A stretch of DNA of 64,000 bases, from contig NC_058368.1 in the NCBI RefSeq assembly GCF_018350175.1, positions 33,234,001 to 33,298,000 of the forward strand, given 5' to 3'. This DNA is from Felis catus. Lineage: Eukaryota. Within the stretch, counting starts at the first letter, position 1. Every line of letters begins with the position of its first letter. Under the pieces are notes generated by a model. It worked only from the letters and a program-made list of their open reading frames with translations. It ran no database searches and was not told where the DNA came from. Positions 1-13,310 of this stretch are shown piece by piece. The position numbers were made by a program, and so were the translations under genes.

Positions 1-318
1 TGGTGTCAGCACATTTTTTTTCCGTTATGAAAAACCGGTATATAGTGATGAGATAAACTTGGGGAATGTACTCTTCTTTTATAGTTATTAGGTAGGACCA
101 ATATTGGAGCTTAAGATTTTCTGAAAGAGGATATGTTGGATCTCTGATTATCTGAACCTATTTTGTATGACAACCAGAGTCAGATTGGAAGCAAAAAAGG
201 ATAATGTTTCTATCTGGTTTTGTATTGTATATTTTACATTTTTTTTTTCTGAAATGGTTTACATAGCTGTATTCAGAACCTCTCCTTGCAAAGACACACT
301 ATTAAAAAAATATTTAAA

Positions 319-520
319 GGGGCGCCTGGGTGGCTCGGTCGGTTAAGCGTCTGACCTCGGCCCAGGTCATGATCTCGCAGTCTGTGAGTTCCAGCCCCGT
401 GTTGGGCTCTATGCTGACAGCTCAGAGCCTGGAGCCTGTTTCCGATTCTGTGTCTCCCTCTCTCTCTGCCCCTCCCCTGTTCATGCTCTGTCTCTCTCTG
501 TCTCAAAAATAAATAAACGT
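319..520 (+). mobile_element. Feline Can-SINE (SINEC_Fc-type), full length
   Basis: GGGGCGCCTGGGTGGCTC head, (CT)n tract, AATAAA/A tail; TSD TTAAAAAAATATTTAA at 302-317 and 520-535. Confidence 0.95.
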
Positions 521-1086
521 TAAAAAAATATTTAATAACAAGTTCAGATCACATGAATTATCAGTAACAAAGGTTTGAATACTGGATCCAAAAATAATTA
601 AATTTAGACCTGTTATATGTCCAGTATCACTCATTACTCAATCACACTATTTCTGAGAGAACCATCAATATTCCTACTTCCTATTTTAGAAATATCTCAC
701 CAAACAAGGAAACTGTATTATTGACGTTAAGTTCTGTTTGGGGAAAAACAAGTTAATTTTCAAATGAAAAAGAACCACGAGCAGATACAATATGACAAGT
801 TAAAAAAAAAAAAAAGAAAAAGAAAAAAAAAAAAAAGGAATCATAGTTCTGACCTGTCTATTCATATACACTTTTATGTTTATACCTAAGGGTCCCAACT
901 GTAAAATAAATTCCCTGAATACTCTAATGAACTACTAGGTTGCTTGGGACATAAAACAGTAACTTTAATAGGCAAACAGTAACATATTAGCATTCAATGA
1001 TCTCTTCCTACCAGCAGAAACCTAATAAACAATGAAGTGTGCAGAGAAAAGATGAAAGACAGCATGCACTGAAACAATGCTTTTTA

Positions 1087-1313
1087 TTTTTTTTTTTTTA
1101 TTTTTTTTTCAACGTCTATTTATTTTTGGGACAGAGAGAGACAGAGCATGAACGGGGGGAGGGGCAGAGAGAGAGGGAGACACAGAATCAGAAACAGGCT
1201 CCAGGCTCTGAGCCATCAGCCCAGAGCCCGACGCGGGGCTCGAACTCACGGACCGCGAGATCGTGACCTGGCTGAAGTCGGACGCTTAACCGACTGCGCC
1301 ACCCAGGTGCCCC
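1087..1313 (-). mobile_element. Young feline Can-SINE
   Basis: CpG-rich full-length body on the minus strand; perfect TSD GAAACAATGCTTTTTA at 1071-1086 and 1314-1329. Confidence 0.95.
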
Positions 1314-2229
1314 GAAACAATGCTTTTTAAATCATTTGCTCGTTTCTCTAATTCTGGCTTTAGTTAACAAAGTCAAGGAACTGTTGTGGCTCTCTGCAAA
1401 GGAACAAAAGTTATATTGGCACAGGGTTGTTTCAAATTTCATTTGCCTACAGCAAGGTTTTGAAACTACTAAAACTGTTTTATGGAACATGAGAAAAGTG
1501 GTTTTCCTTTTGCTAATAAATGTCATTCTTACAGCCTCACTGATCAAATCTCATCTTCTCAGGCATAAACTAAAAGTTTATCCTACTGAAATTTATCTCA
1601 CATTTTTCTGCTGTCAGAACATCATAACCGTGTATAAAGCATAATGATTTCATCATGTGCTTTTTTTTTTTTTTTTTTTTTCAATCCAGATCCAGTCTTT
1701 TTGGACAAATGGTCTTATTTTAATCATGTGTCATTTTTTCAACGACCTAAGAAAGTCATTAAATTTTGTTTGTCCTTCTTTCATATGTGGATTAAGTAGT
1801 TGCTCACAGGAGGCTTGGACTTTTTTGGAAGTGGGATTTCCTTCCAACGCATGCAATTTGTGGGGGATGTCCCCTGATAAGTCTACTAATTTTACTATAG
1901 CCAAATAGCAACTAGTAAACAATTTATGGTAACTGTGTTTGTATTTATATGGTATGTGTTGTGGTGGTGGTATTGTTGTATGTATGGTTTTGTGAGTGGC
2001 TGTGATATGGCTCCTTCGAAAGAAACCAGTCCAGTCTCATTCTGTGTTGTGACGTTTCTCTGGCAAGACTCTTCAGTCGGTAAGCTAATGTCACAAAATT
2101 ACATGCTAGTACTCTAAATGAGTGGATGAAGTACTCTAAATGAATAAATATAGATAGACCATGGTGAAGGCTGGAGCATGTGGTGAATAGAGCGCATGCT
2201 TCACCAATAGGGAGTTCACTCTGGTTGTT

Positions 2230-2648
2230 GTCTTTTTGTTCGTTTGTTTGTTTTTGATATAATTTATTGTCAAATTGGTTTCCATACAACACCCAGTGCT
2301 CACCCCAGCAAGTGCCCTCTTCAGTGCCCATCACTTTCCCCTCTCTCTCACCAACCCCCCATCCACCCTCAGTTTGTTCTCTGTATTTAAGAGTCTCTTA
2401 TGATTTGCCTCCCTCCCTCTCTGTAACTTTTTTCCCCCTTCCCTTCCCTTCCCCCCATGGTCTTCTGTTAGGTTTCTCAGTATCCACTTATGAGTATAAA
2501 CATATGGTATCTGTCTTTCTCTGACTGACTTATTTCACTTAGCGTAATACCCTCCAGTTCCATTCACGTTGCTTCAAATGGCAGGATTTCATTCTTTCTC
2601 ATCATCAAGTAATATTCCATTGTATATATAAAGCACATCTTCTTTATT
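2230..2648 (-). mobile_element. Carnivore/feline L1 3' end fragment
   Basis: T-rich tail then ATTTATTGTCAAATTGGTTTCCATACAACACCCAGTGCTCA, the same 3'UTR as the L1 at 51.6 kb. Confidence 0.9.
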
Positions 2649-4964
2649 TTCAAAGAATCTTATCTGAATACACATATTTTCAAGAGAATCTATAAGTCCA
2701 CTTGTTTTTGTTTTTCTAAGGTTTAAAATCGGGGATGTAACAAACGTGTTTTTTAAAATGTACTGAAAATCATATTTTGGCTAAGCAAAGTACATAATAG
2801 GTCAGATTTACCAAATGCTCTTGTCTTTGTTATTTCCCCTCAAACTGTTTTAAACAGGTTCTATTTTGTCAAATCCTAATAGTCCTTGAAGATATTACAC
2901 TGAAGTTCTCCTGGATGACACTGTCAAAGGTGGAAAATTAATTTTAACCAAGAAGTTAGTATTAGTTAATGACAAGGCGGTACTAAATGTGTGGGTTAGG
3001 GCCAATCTATCTGTAAATTCTCATCTTTTTCCTTATTAAATTTCCTCATTGTACTGTTTCTATTGACTCATATGCTTGGACTTTAATGCAAAATATTACT
3101 TCTGTTGAAGAAATGAGCACTTCAGGAACATGAACAATATTTATCCTTTGGCTACACACAGCCTCTGGAATAATATAAAAGAACTTGAATGGTACATGAA
3201 TCCTAGTTTGAGGCAACAATAAATCTCATCTAATAGACCATACTGTATTCACCAATATGTACTCCATAAAAAAGGGAGTTAAATGCAAATTATAACAAAA
3301 CACCAAAGGACAAAACTTTACATTTTTGGATAATGGAAGAAGGACCTTGAATAACACCAAAAGACTGTAATTTACCAATTCCTTAGAGGAATCTCCTTCT
3401 AGCTCTGAAAAGAATCCTCTGGCCAAGAATAGACTGGGGAATGAGTCTCAGTGCAGCCAGAAAACATGAGTAACTTTATATAATCAGCTTGCCCCTTATT
3501 TGCAGGGTGGTGTTACATTGATGATTTAATAATATAAAATTCCATTTGCTTCTACGGTGCTGGAATCTCTGCAAGCTATAAAAAAAATAATAAAATCTTT
3601 GGTGTGAATTTTTGGATTTTCCTACCCAAGTACTTTAAGAATCCTTGAAATGATGACTGTGTCCCAAGCATTTCAAGCACTATCTTCAAGGAGCATGAAA
3701 GTGAAGTTTCTCAGTACTGTGAATTTGAGGTAACCTTGTTTTGGCTAAACAACTTGAAAGGAGGTTAGAGACAATCTGACAAATGAGAAGATGCCCATTA
3801 GGAAATGTATATGATAATTTAATATAAAGTGTTGCATTAAGATATTAAGCAAAGAATACATAGAAAATGATTGGGAGTATTGGTTCTTGTTTTTTGTTCA
3901 TATTGTTTCAATTTATTATCCTTGAATTCGACAATAGGCGTGATGCATTTCTGAGTAAAAATGTTAGCACTGCTGCAACTTCTTTGATTTCATGTTCTTT
4001 TTTTTTTTTTTTTTTAATTTCAAGTATTCTCGTTCTGGAGAGCATAAAAACCTAGATGTCAGTTTTTCTTAGGCAAATGGAAAGCTGAGTTCTCATGACT
4101 TCAAATCCTTTGCTTCATCTGGCAATTTGGCTAGTTTTTATTTATTAATCAGCTTAATTTCATTGCTGTTTCAGTAATTGAAAAATAGATAAGCAGATTT
4201 GTGTGAATCATTTTAAGTGGTGGATATTAGAAAACTAAAATAAATTACAATTATTTATCTTTGGAATTAAAAATAATTGAAAATGAATTTTAGCTTGAGA
4301 AACTGCATAATCTCAATGTAGCTTTTGCTTTCAGTATAGCTATATGTATCAATACTTGCATAATAATAAATTAGTACATTTGCTTTGATTAAATAGCATA
4401 TCTAGTAAAACACCAAAAACATGCAAAATAAATGAAATGAAGTATATTTTTGGTATAATATTCTACACATTCATAAATTATCTATGGGAGCCATGTTAAA
4501 ATTGAAATGTAATATTTAACAATATCAGTATAAAAAGTAAATCTAGACATATACATTCCTGAGTATAGAAGAAATTTTATATAAAATCTTAGGTGGGAAC
4601 TAACATTGCATACAAAGTATAAAATATGAAATAATTAAATTCCAGCTATAATGAATCATAGATCTGAATGATAAATAGGAGGTCATTTTCTAGAACTCAT
4701 ACCCTGCAGGGTTAATTGTGCTAGATTTCTATTTTAAACCATATTTTTTCCTCTTTAATCATATGAAAATGAAGGCTTATGTACATTTCATAATTTGGCC
4801 AAGCCACATATTTATAGAGGATTAAAATCAGAGTAACCCAAATATGTGCATCATGTTCCTTAAACATTTATGTTGGTCTAGATTTTCTGGGGATTAAGAA
4901 TTCTATTGGTTTTAATCTTCTGTTAGGTGTAACTAAGAAGCAATAGTTAAAACTACAAATTTTA

Positions 4965-5194
4965 GGGGCGCCTGGGTGGCACAGTCGGTTAAGCGTCCGA
5001 CTTCAGCCAGGTCACGATCTCGCTGTCCGTGAGTTCCAGCCCCGCGTCAGGCTCTGGGCTGATGGCTCGAAGCCTGGAGCCTGTTTCCGATTCTGTGTCT
5101 CCCTCTCTCTCTGCCCCTCCCCCGTTCACGCTCTGTCTCTCTCTGTCCCAAAAATAAATAAAAAACGTTGAAAAAAAAATTAAAAAAAAAAAAC
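4965..5194 (+). mobile_element. Young feline Can-SINE
   Basis: Full SINE body; perfect TSD AAAACTACAAATTTTA at 4949-4964 and 5195-5210. Confidence 0.95.
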
Positions 5195-5261
5195 AAAACT
5201 ACAAATTTTACCTTAAAACTAAAATATACCCTGTAGTGTCACCAATAATGGAGTATAACAT

Positions 5262-5464
5262 GGGGTGCCTCTGTGACTCAGTCGGTTAATCATATGACTC
5301 TCGATCTCAGCTCAAGTCATGATCTTACAGTTTGTGAGTTTGAGCCCCACATCAGGCTCTGCGCTGATGGCATGGAGCCTGCTTGAGATTGTCTCTTCTT
5401 TTCTCTGCTCCTCCCCCTCTTGTGCTCTCTTTCACAAAATAAATAAACATTAAAAATGAAAAGA
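5262..5464 (+). mobile_element. Older Can-SINE
   Basis: Diverged SINE body; TSD AATAATGG(A)GTATAA / AATAATGGAATATAA with one mismatch. Confidence 0.9.
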
Positions 5465-5614
5465 AATAATGGAATATAATAGAAAGAAGCACGATTCATT
5501 ATAATAGGATATGAACACTAGCACAAAATACCTTCAATATAATCACTGGAGATGTTCTTATGAGGATTCTACCATGTTCATAACTTGAGTAAATTGCCTA
5601 ATGTTGAACGGCTC

Positions 5615-5703
5615 AGAATCCAGAAATATGAGAAATTAATTTCTGCTGTTTAAGACACCCAATCTGTGGTACTTTCTCATGGCAGTCTGAGCAGACTAAA
5701 ACA
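5615..5703 (+). mobile_element. MaLR LTR (MLT1-type) 3' fragment
   Basis: CCAGAAATATGAGAAATTAATTTCTGCTGTTTAAGACACCCAATCTGTGGTAC...CTAAAACA resembles the MLT1 3' terminus. Confidence 0.7.
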
Positions 5704-5709
5704 GAAATA

Positions 5710-6276
5710 TATACATATTAAAGAACATAAGGTTTGAGCACTAAAAAAATTACCCTCTCCATGCCAGATTTGGTGCACAGCCAATGCACTGTAGTCTTTA
5801 AGCATGGTTATATTCAAGGACGCTGATTCTTCCAACTGGCCATATGCATACGTATGTACATTCCTAGCTCAGAAACCTCTGTCTGGAGTTTCTTTATCTG
5901 AAACTCTTGTTTGGAGTTCTCTCTCAGGTGGCTCTGCCAGGATTTTCATACCAGGGAAAATTTGAATACACTTTACTCCCTTTGACTCACTATGTTTCCA
6001 TTCCTACCCTTTCCTCCCTCCCCATGCCCCCTGGTACACAAAATGGCAGAAGCTTTTGTCTTGGGTTCCCTTGACAGTGAGACAACCTCCCCATCCCATC
6101 CCACCCATCTGCAGTGATAAATCTGATTTTTACTTGGCACCTTTCTTGAACATTGGTGGAGCTGGCACTTTTTCTTCTTGCTTATACTATTGCAGTACGT
6201 GATTTAAATGGTGACACTTTTTCATTTTGACTTGTTTTAATCAACCATTCAACACCTGGTAGCTCAGCTCTCAACT
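5710..6276 (+). mobile_element. Probable ancient ERVL-class solo LTR (family uncertain)
   Basis: GC-richer block ending ACACCTGGTAGCTCAGCTCTCAAC, reminiscent of MER74/MER54-like LTR ends; from recall only. Confidence 0.3.
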
Positions 6277-6355
6277 TTAAAAATATATTAATGAGTGTTG
6301 AATTAATCCTATCAAAGCAGTTTGGTGACAGCTTTATAGATTAAAAATTATATAT

Positions 6356-6542
6356 GGGGGCACCTAGTGGCTCAGTTGATTAAGCAACCAGATCTTGATT
6401 TCTGCTAGGGCCGAGATCTCTTGGTTCACGGATTTGAGCCCCACATTGTTGGACTCCACACTGACAGCACTGATCCTGCTTGGGATTCTCTCTCCCTTCT
6501 CTCTCTGCCCCTCCCCTAACTCACCATCTTTCTCTTTCTCAA

Positions 6543-6580
<38 letters not shown>
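6356..6580 (+). mobile_element. Can-SINE with (AAAT)n tail
   Basis: GGGGGCACCTAGTGGCTCAG head, CT tract, (AAAT)n at 6541-6580. Confidence 0.9.
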
Positions 6581-6581
<1 letters not shown>

Positions 6582-6824
6582 GATTACCCACATGATATTG
6601 AAGTAAACATTTTAACTCTAATTTTTATATTAAAATTTTCCTTGGAAAATGATCAAATATAAATAGTCAATTGTGTTTAGAGGTTAGAGAATGTGTATTC
6701 AATAAATAACTTAAAAGTGTATACATGAATGAGAGTACACATAGCAGAGACAGTTAAATTTTCCCCATTTTATTCACTTCAGATAACTCTTTGAAGAGAG
6801 AAGTCATCACTTTTTTTTTTTTTG

Positions 6825-7040
6825 ACCCTTCCTTCTTACTGAAAGTAATGTAGATATGAAGGCTGAGTCACCATGTCGAAATATGTGTGTCATTGTGACA
6901 TGCTAGGGACAGAGGCATTAATAAAAGGAGTCAGATTCCCTGAATATTTAGTGAAACCCCCATATCACCATTGGACTGCATACTGCCCATTCAACTTTTT
7001 AAATTATAGAATGAAATGCTTGTTAAAATTATTATATATT
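6825..7040 (+). mobile_element. Old MaLR LTR fragment (MLT1J/K-like)
   Basis: Degenerate similarity (CATATCACCATTGGACTGCATAC...) to the 3' half of old MLT1. Confidence 0.35.
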
Positions 7041-7858
7041 AGAATTTTTTGGCATAAAGATGAATATAATCTCTTTTTTGTAATATACACATATACATTA
7101 CATTTATACACGCTATGTACAGTTAGTTACTGAATTATATTTTGTACTTTGCTTTATTTACTGTTCTTGAAGGTATTAGGAAGATAAAAATTGTCAGAGT
7201 ATCAATATCTAAAGACTTACAGAACTGGACATATTAGTAACAGACTCTTCAATATGCAACTTTTTGCATTAGTAAATGGGTGGGAAATGACAGTTGAAAG
7301 AAAAAAAACACTCAAACTGATTAACTTGTATATTAATAAAATGAGAAACCCATGACAGTCAAGTTTAAGAAAATATATTTTATTGAGGTCCGTTTACCTT
7401 TTTAGAAAATTAGAACTTGATCACAAATTCATATGAGACTTTAACAAGATATCATCTACAAGTGAAAACCAGTAGTGTTGATTATGTTAAGGATTTTATC
7501 AAATGATTCTATAATGATTGTAATGCAGTTTCCATTTTTTTTATCTTGATGGGAATAATCCTGAAAAGATTGCTTTAGGAATTGTTTATGCAGATGTCCC
7601 TATCCTAAGCGATAAAACCTATCATTTCAAAAATGGAACTATTACATGGTAAGCACTATTTTATCATAATTATACATGTTAAAACATTTTAATTGAGATT
7701 GTTGCTATGTCTAGAAAACATCCTGACGAACATTAAGAAGTAAATAAATTTATTCAATAATTATGCTTTGATTTTTATGAATTAGAGCTTTTGAGTCTCC
7801 ATACAGCCAATTATTTTATTAAATGTTTAAGAATGTATTAATTGCTTTAAATAATAAA

Positions 7859-8095
7859 GGGGTCCCTGGGTGACTCCGTTAGTTGAGCATCTGATTCTTC
7901 ATTTTGGCTGAGGTCATGATCCCAGTGTCGTGGGATTGAGGTCTGCGGGTTTGAGGTCTATGTTGGACTCCACTCTGAGCATGGAGTAAGCTTAAGATTC
8001 TCTCTCTCCCTCTCCCTCTCTCTCTCTCTCTCTCCCCCCTCATTACTCTCTCCCCAGTGTCTGTCTCTGAAAAAACAAAAACAAAAACAAAAACA
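7859..8095 (+). mobile_element. Older Can-SINE with (AAAAAC)n tail
   Basis: GGGGTCCCTGGGTGACTC head, GGTCATGATCCCAG, CT tract. Confidence 0.88.
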
Positions 8096-8331
8096 GTGAT
8101 GTTAATTTATTTTCTTGATAGCATGATGATACAACATATTATGTTCAGTGTTATACTCATATTTTATTATACTCATATATTTTGTTCAGTGTTTAGTATT
8201 TCATTGTTTCATTGTTGTATAATCTATATTATAGGTATTAAATCACATAAAAACACATAAGGTGAATACTCAGTTACCTTAACTTCTACATTGGGTCACA
8301 AGTACTGAGGTAGAGCACATAATTTTTATCA

Positions 8332-8425
8332 TTTTTTTTTTAATTCCAGTATAGTTAATATACAGTGTTAAATTAGTTTCAGGAGTACAATATAGTGATT
8401 CAGCAATTGTATATATTAGCTCAGC
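8332..8425 (-). mobile_element. Short L1 3'-terminal fragment
   Basis: poly-T then CCAGTATAGTTAATATACAGTGTTAAATTAGTTTCAGG...ATAGTGATTCAGCA. Confidence 0.75.
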
Positions 8426-11400
8426 AAGATATGGTTCTGGTTCTTGCCTTCTACATACCAACATACTATGTTGTACCTTGTTGTTTGCTTATTTAGTGAA
8501 TAATATTTTCTTTTATACAAAGAGGTTATGAATTATTACCTATTGCAGTGTGATCATTTTATACATTATTGCCTAAAATATCTTTGTTGCTAAAGGAGTA
8601 ATTTACAATATGTAAAGAAATCAAAAAAATATGTTTTAATCATGTATATCACTTACTGATCTGAAGGATAGAAATTGGAAAGATATAGCACTTTATATTT
8701 AGAATAGCCTACTATGCAATTTGTGTAAAAATAAATGTAATTTAATCTAGATTTCCAGAGAAGAATCACAGAATAAGAAATGCCTGAAAAAAAATTTTCC
8801 CAAAGTGTAGCCAAGAATAATGAAACCCATTTGGTTTCCAAAGCCTTTGCATAATTGCTTTGATTTAAAACAGAGATAATTTTTGAGGTGGAAGGATGGA
8901 TATGTAAAAGATATTTGGATATGTAATAGTTTGCATATGTAAAAGATACCTGACCAGTCAAGGCTACTAACAAAAGCCATATACTGATGTAGAATGTTTT
9001 ATGTTGTATAATATAAAGATATTTTCCATTCAATATAAAAAGAATGATTGTGAATTAAAATCTCAAAGTATTTAGTGGTGCTGAAGTATTATGAACAGTG
9101 GGAATGATATTTAACATTTCTTATGATTACTGAAAGTACAAACATTTCTTTCTCTACACCTCTTGGCATAGTAAGTAAATTTATTGTTTCATCCTTTCAT
9201 CCATAAATTAGTGAGTTTTCAGCTAATATTTATATTTTCTGAAAACAGAATTTGTAACTCAAATGACTAGAGAAGTTAGGTAACTTAAATGTTGGATGAA
9301 GATATGACGATTAGTTAATAATTATGTCTAGAGTTTGTTATTTTAACACAGATACTTTTTTTTTACAAAAACTAAGCATGTCTGAGTATTCTACACCCTT
9401 CCTCCCACCTGTCATGTTCATGCCCTGAAATGTAATAGAGACCCAGAGATGCTACATAAATGGCCTAAGATTATAAAACCTGTGAACACTTGTCCCAGGA
9501 TTTAATAAAATCAAATGTTTGAAATCGGACAGTCTATGTTTTGCCACTGAGGTATCTGTTTCAACCAAAATTTCTTTGGCTCTGCACATTCATTTGTTTA
9601 AAGGTAAAATGGACAAAGTGTGTAAATTATTCCTGTTCCCAGTGATCTTATGGTTGAATTAGTTATTAGTATTTCAACAAACACACCACTAATAGTTCCA
9701 AAAAGCACACATGTTATTTCCACTAATCTCACAGCAAAACTAATAACTTATGGTTTATTTCTACAACAACCATTAATAACACTATAGTTGCAAAAGGTGT
9801 TACAACCGCAAAACCACTATTTCATTTGTATAAATAATTGCTACACTCACTAATATTTATATATATTGTGATAACATCCACTAATTTATTCAGTGCTATT
9901 TAGATGGTGGTATACATTCTAAATAAATTTTCCCTTAATAATTCTCACTTAATCCTTTATATATATAGTTATATACATGTTACAACCATATATATTAAAT
10001 ATATACATAAATATCATTTTCTATATGCATATATAAAGTTGTACATGATCACAGCTGTCAAAAAAAAAAGGTGAAGAAACTTGAAAATTAAAGAGCTATA
10101 CTGATGTTTCAAGTGTCCTATATCTAGTAAATAGTAGAACTAAGATCCTCATTCGAGTCTCTGTGATAATAAAAACGTCTATGTTTAATGTTTTGTACTG
10201 GCTTATTTATTATTGTTGGCAAAATTTTCATGGGGCAGACTCAAACTACAGTATAGTCTCCTCATTTAGAATGCAACTCCTGGTTTTCTTAAATTTAAAC
10301 TCTTCCAAGATGTTCTATCAAAAATTTTAAATAGCTTTATTTTTAATAAACTGCATATATTATCTGGGTCTATTTCTCAGTCTTTGAATATTAATAAAAT
10401 ATGAATGTGTAATGTAGCTTAACAAGTATTTTCAAGGGCCTTCGGAGAAAAACTCTGTGGAAGAATTCTTCACTGATTATTAATGACACACAGCTTATAG
10501 GCTCTTCTCTCTTGTGTTCACAGCCATTTAGACATTCTTTCACAAACACTGCAGTATTTTTTAATCATCTTGTTCCAGATATTCTAGAATAGCTACTTTG
10601 TTGTCCCCACAGTAACATTAGGCACAATTGTTTCTGCTGTACGCTTAAGATTTGAGCCATGTTTTTGCTATCTCTGTCGTCAGCTTTAAAAGCTTTTGAG
10701 AATAAATTCTTGATCATAACCTTAGTTTTAAAAGCCCCACCATGCTGTATATCCTTTGGCAACTTCTTTTTTGGCTGAGAAATTGTAGGCATTCTGTTTT
10801 ATTGACTCTTAATCTGCCATCTCTCCCTCTTGTTTTGTACTTGCAAGGCTTATAAAAATTATTTCTCTGTTTCAACGAGAACAAATGCCGATTCCTTTAT
10901 GAAAAAATGTTATTATCTTGATATAAAGATATCTTGTCCCTGAAGAATGTCAATTATAATTTAGTTTGATACTTAACATATATTTCATTAATCATTTGTT
11001 TTTACATGTTTTTCTCTCCATTATATTTTAACACACTTGTAGTGAGAGACTCTGTTTTATGTATTTGGGCATCACCTGAGTCCAATGCCTAATGGGTTTT
11101 GGATAAATGTTTCTTTAATTTTGGCTTTTCCTTTCAAATATAATTTCATTGGATAGAGCTACACAGTTCACAATTAAATTATTGTGTTATAAAATTTGAA
11201 ATTGGCCATATTTTTCTCTAAATTTGGATATCATCATGTTGAAAATAAAAGTACACTATAATAATCAAGTTTATTATGAAATAGGTTGAGGTTATTCGAT
11301 GGCTAATCTTTTGAAAAACTAGTGATAAGATATTCATATTTTTAGTACCCAACCGTATGTTTAGTACACAACATTCATATTTTTAGTACACATAATATAT

Positions 11401-11451
11401 GTGCTACTATATTCTCATTAATGAAATATGTTTCAGAATTAAAATAAATTT

Positions 11452-11660
11452 GGGGCACCTGGGCAGTTCAGTCGGTTAGGTGTTTGACTTTGGCTCAGGT
11501 CATGATCTCATGGGTTATGAGTTTGAGTCCGCATTGCTGTCTCTGCTGTCAGCACGGAGCCCTCTTCCGATATTCTGTCTCCCTCTCTTTCTGCATCTAC
11601 TCCACTTGTGCATGCTCTCTCTCTCAAAAATAAATAAGCTTTAAAAAAAAAACATTTGAA
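11452..11660 (+). mobile_element. Can-SINE
   Basis: SINE head and tail; imperfect TSD AGAATTAAA(A)TAAATT. Confidence 0.9.
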
Positions 11661-12579
11661 ACAAAGAATTAAATAAATTGTTTTTGGAAGATTACTTTCT
11701 TTTATGTCAAAGTACTGTACCTTTTACAGTAAAGTTACAGAGATCAGAAATTCCAAAGCATAGGTAACATCACACTTACAGAAATTAGTAGTTTCACAGA
11801 TTAAAAAAACTGCAAAATTCATTAGAAAATTATTGCTGTCATTTTTTATGTTAATAAGAATCCATTATCTTTTCTTGAGAAGGTAAACTTTAACTATTAC
11901 AAGTAGAGGAGTTGACCTGATGAGCTTATCCTCGATATTTGTAATGATACCGGGATGCTCACAAAGTGTTAATGATTAGGACAGATCAAGTCCAACATAA
12001 TTAGCATCCAAATAAGTTTTAAATATTAAAATTAAAATAATATAAAATATGTACAGACCTTGTATTTGTTTTTATAAAGGCTGGTAATTTCCTAAATTAA
12101 AAGTTACACATGTGTAAAATGCAATTATTTCATGTTAAACTGAACTTTATGTAACATGAATGTTTACTATGCACATTTATTCATTAGAAAGTAAAAAAGA
12201 AAAAAAAAACTAAGCAAAAGAAATCTAACGCAGTTATATGAGACATGGAAGTAAGAGTGATTCAAAAATGAAAGGAAGATGATACGGTTTCCTATGTCCT
12301 GTAAGCAGTAATTCAGTACAGACGTTTGTTCTCTATATAAATTCAACTCAAAATGGACGATTACATTGCAACTTTTAAATTTAAATCTAAGCAAGAAGAG
12401 GCCTGTCACATCATCATATATAAGCTTGCAAATCAAAATGAACTTGACATAGTATGGCATTATTTTTACTTTGTGTAAATAGGGGATGAAAACAATATAT
12501 AACACAGACCAAGCTCTAACATCACCCAACCAATTGCACATCCAAGAATCATGGATTCATAGTAGTGCACTTTGGATAG

Positions 12580-12580
<1 letters not shown>

Positions 12581-12623
<43 letters not shown>

Positions 12624-12631
12624 ACACACAC
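12581..12631. repeat. (CA)n microsatellite
   Basis: Direct reading; one TA interruption. Confidence 0.98.
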
Positions 12632-13114
12632 GTAAAGGAAAAAAGCTGCAATACAAATTCTTGAAAGGAGTGGAAGGATGGTCTTTGGAAATTTTGCTCA
12701 ATAAAAAGTTTAAAAACCTGAGTTAAAATTTTAAGAAAAGTAAACTAAGGATGAAAAATGTATAACATTTATCATTATTCATACTTACAAGTACATGACA
12801 TTTTAATTTGATGTTATTTATTCATATATCCATTGACATCGTAAGTGAAATTAGTCATGGATAAGCCATTATTAAATATGTCATTAAAATCAGAAAGAGT
12901 GAATCTTTAATTATACTGCTATGATGAATATTGCAACTGTTTCTCAAATCTGATCTAAATATTTTGGTTATTATTTTAATCATAATGCAGAATAACTGCT
13001 TGTTGAGTTGATATATCATAATATTAGTGGTTGAAAACAGAGCTTTATAATTAGATCTAATAAATCATTATTTATACTAGTAAAAAATGTTCCTATACTA
13101 TTTCTAAAAATTTT

Positions 13115-13310
13115 ATTTATTTTTGATAGAGAGTGTGTGTGCATGCAGAGGCAAGCTGAGAAGGGGTGGATGGAGAGGGAGAGGATCTTAAACAGGCTCC
13201 ACACAAAGTGTGCAGCCTGCGGTGTGGCTCAGTCTCACCAAGTATGAGATCTTGCCCTGAGCTGAAATCAAGAGTTGGACTTTTAACTGGCTGAACTACC
13301 CTGGTGACCC
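13115..13310 (-). mobile_element. Older Can-SINE
   Basis: Diverged body; TSD TCTAAAAATTTT at 13103-13114 and 13311-13322. Confidence 0.88.

Noticed and set aside
273..512. Recurrent MAQSVK.../...SVSPSLSAPP ORFs as a gene family, or SINE heads as tRNA genes
   Set aside because: All are Can-SINE bodies; the heads are tRNA-derived but I see no intact cloverleaf
10565..10792. 75-aa ORF as an exon or pseudogene
   Set aside because: No recognisable homology and no convincing splice sites; may still be conserved non-coding DNA
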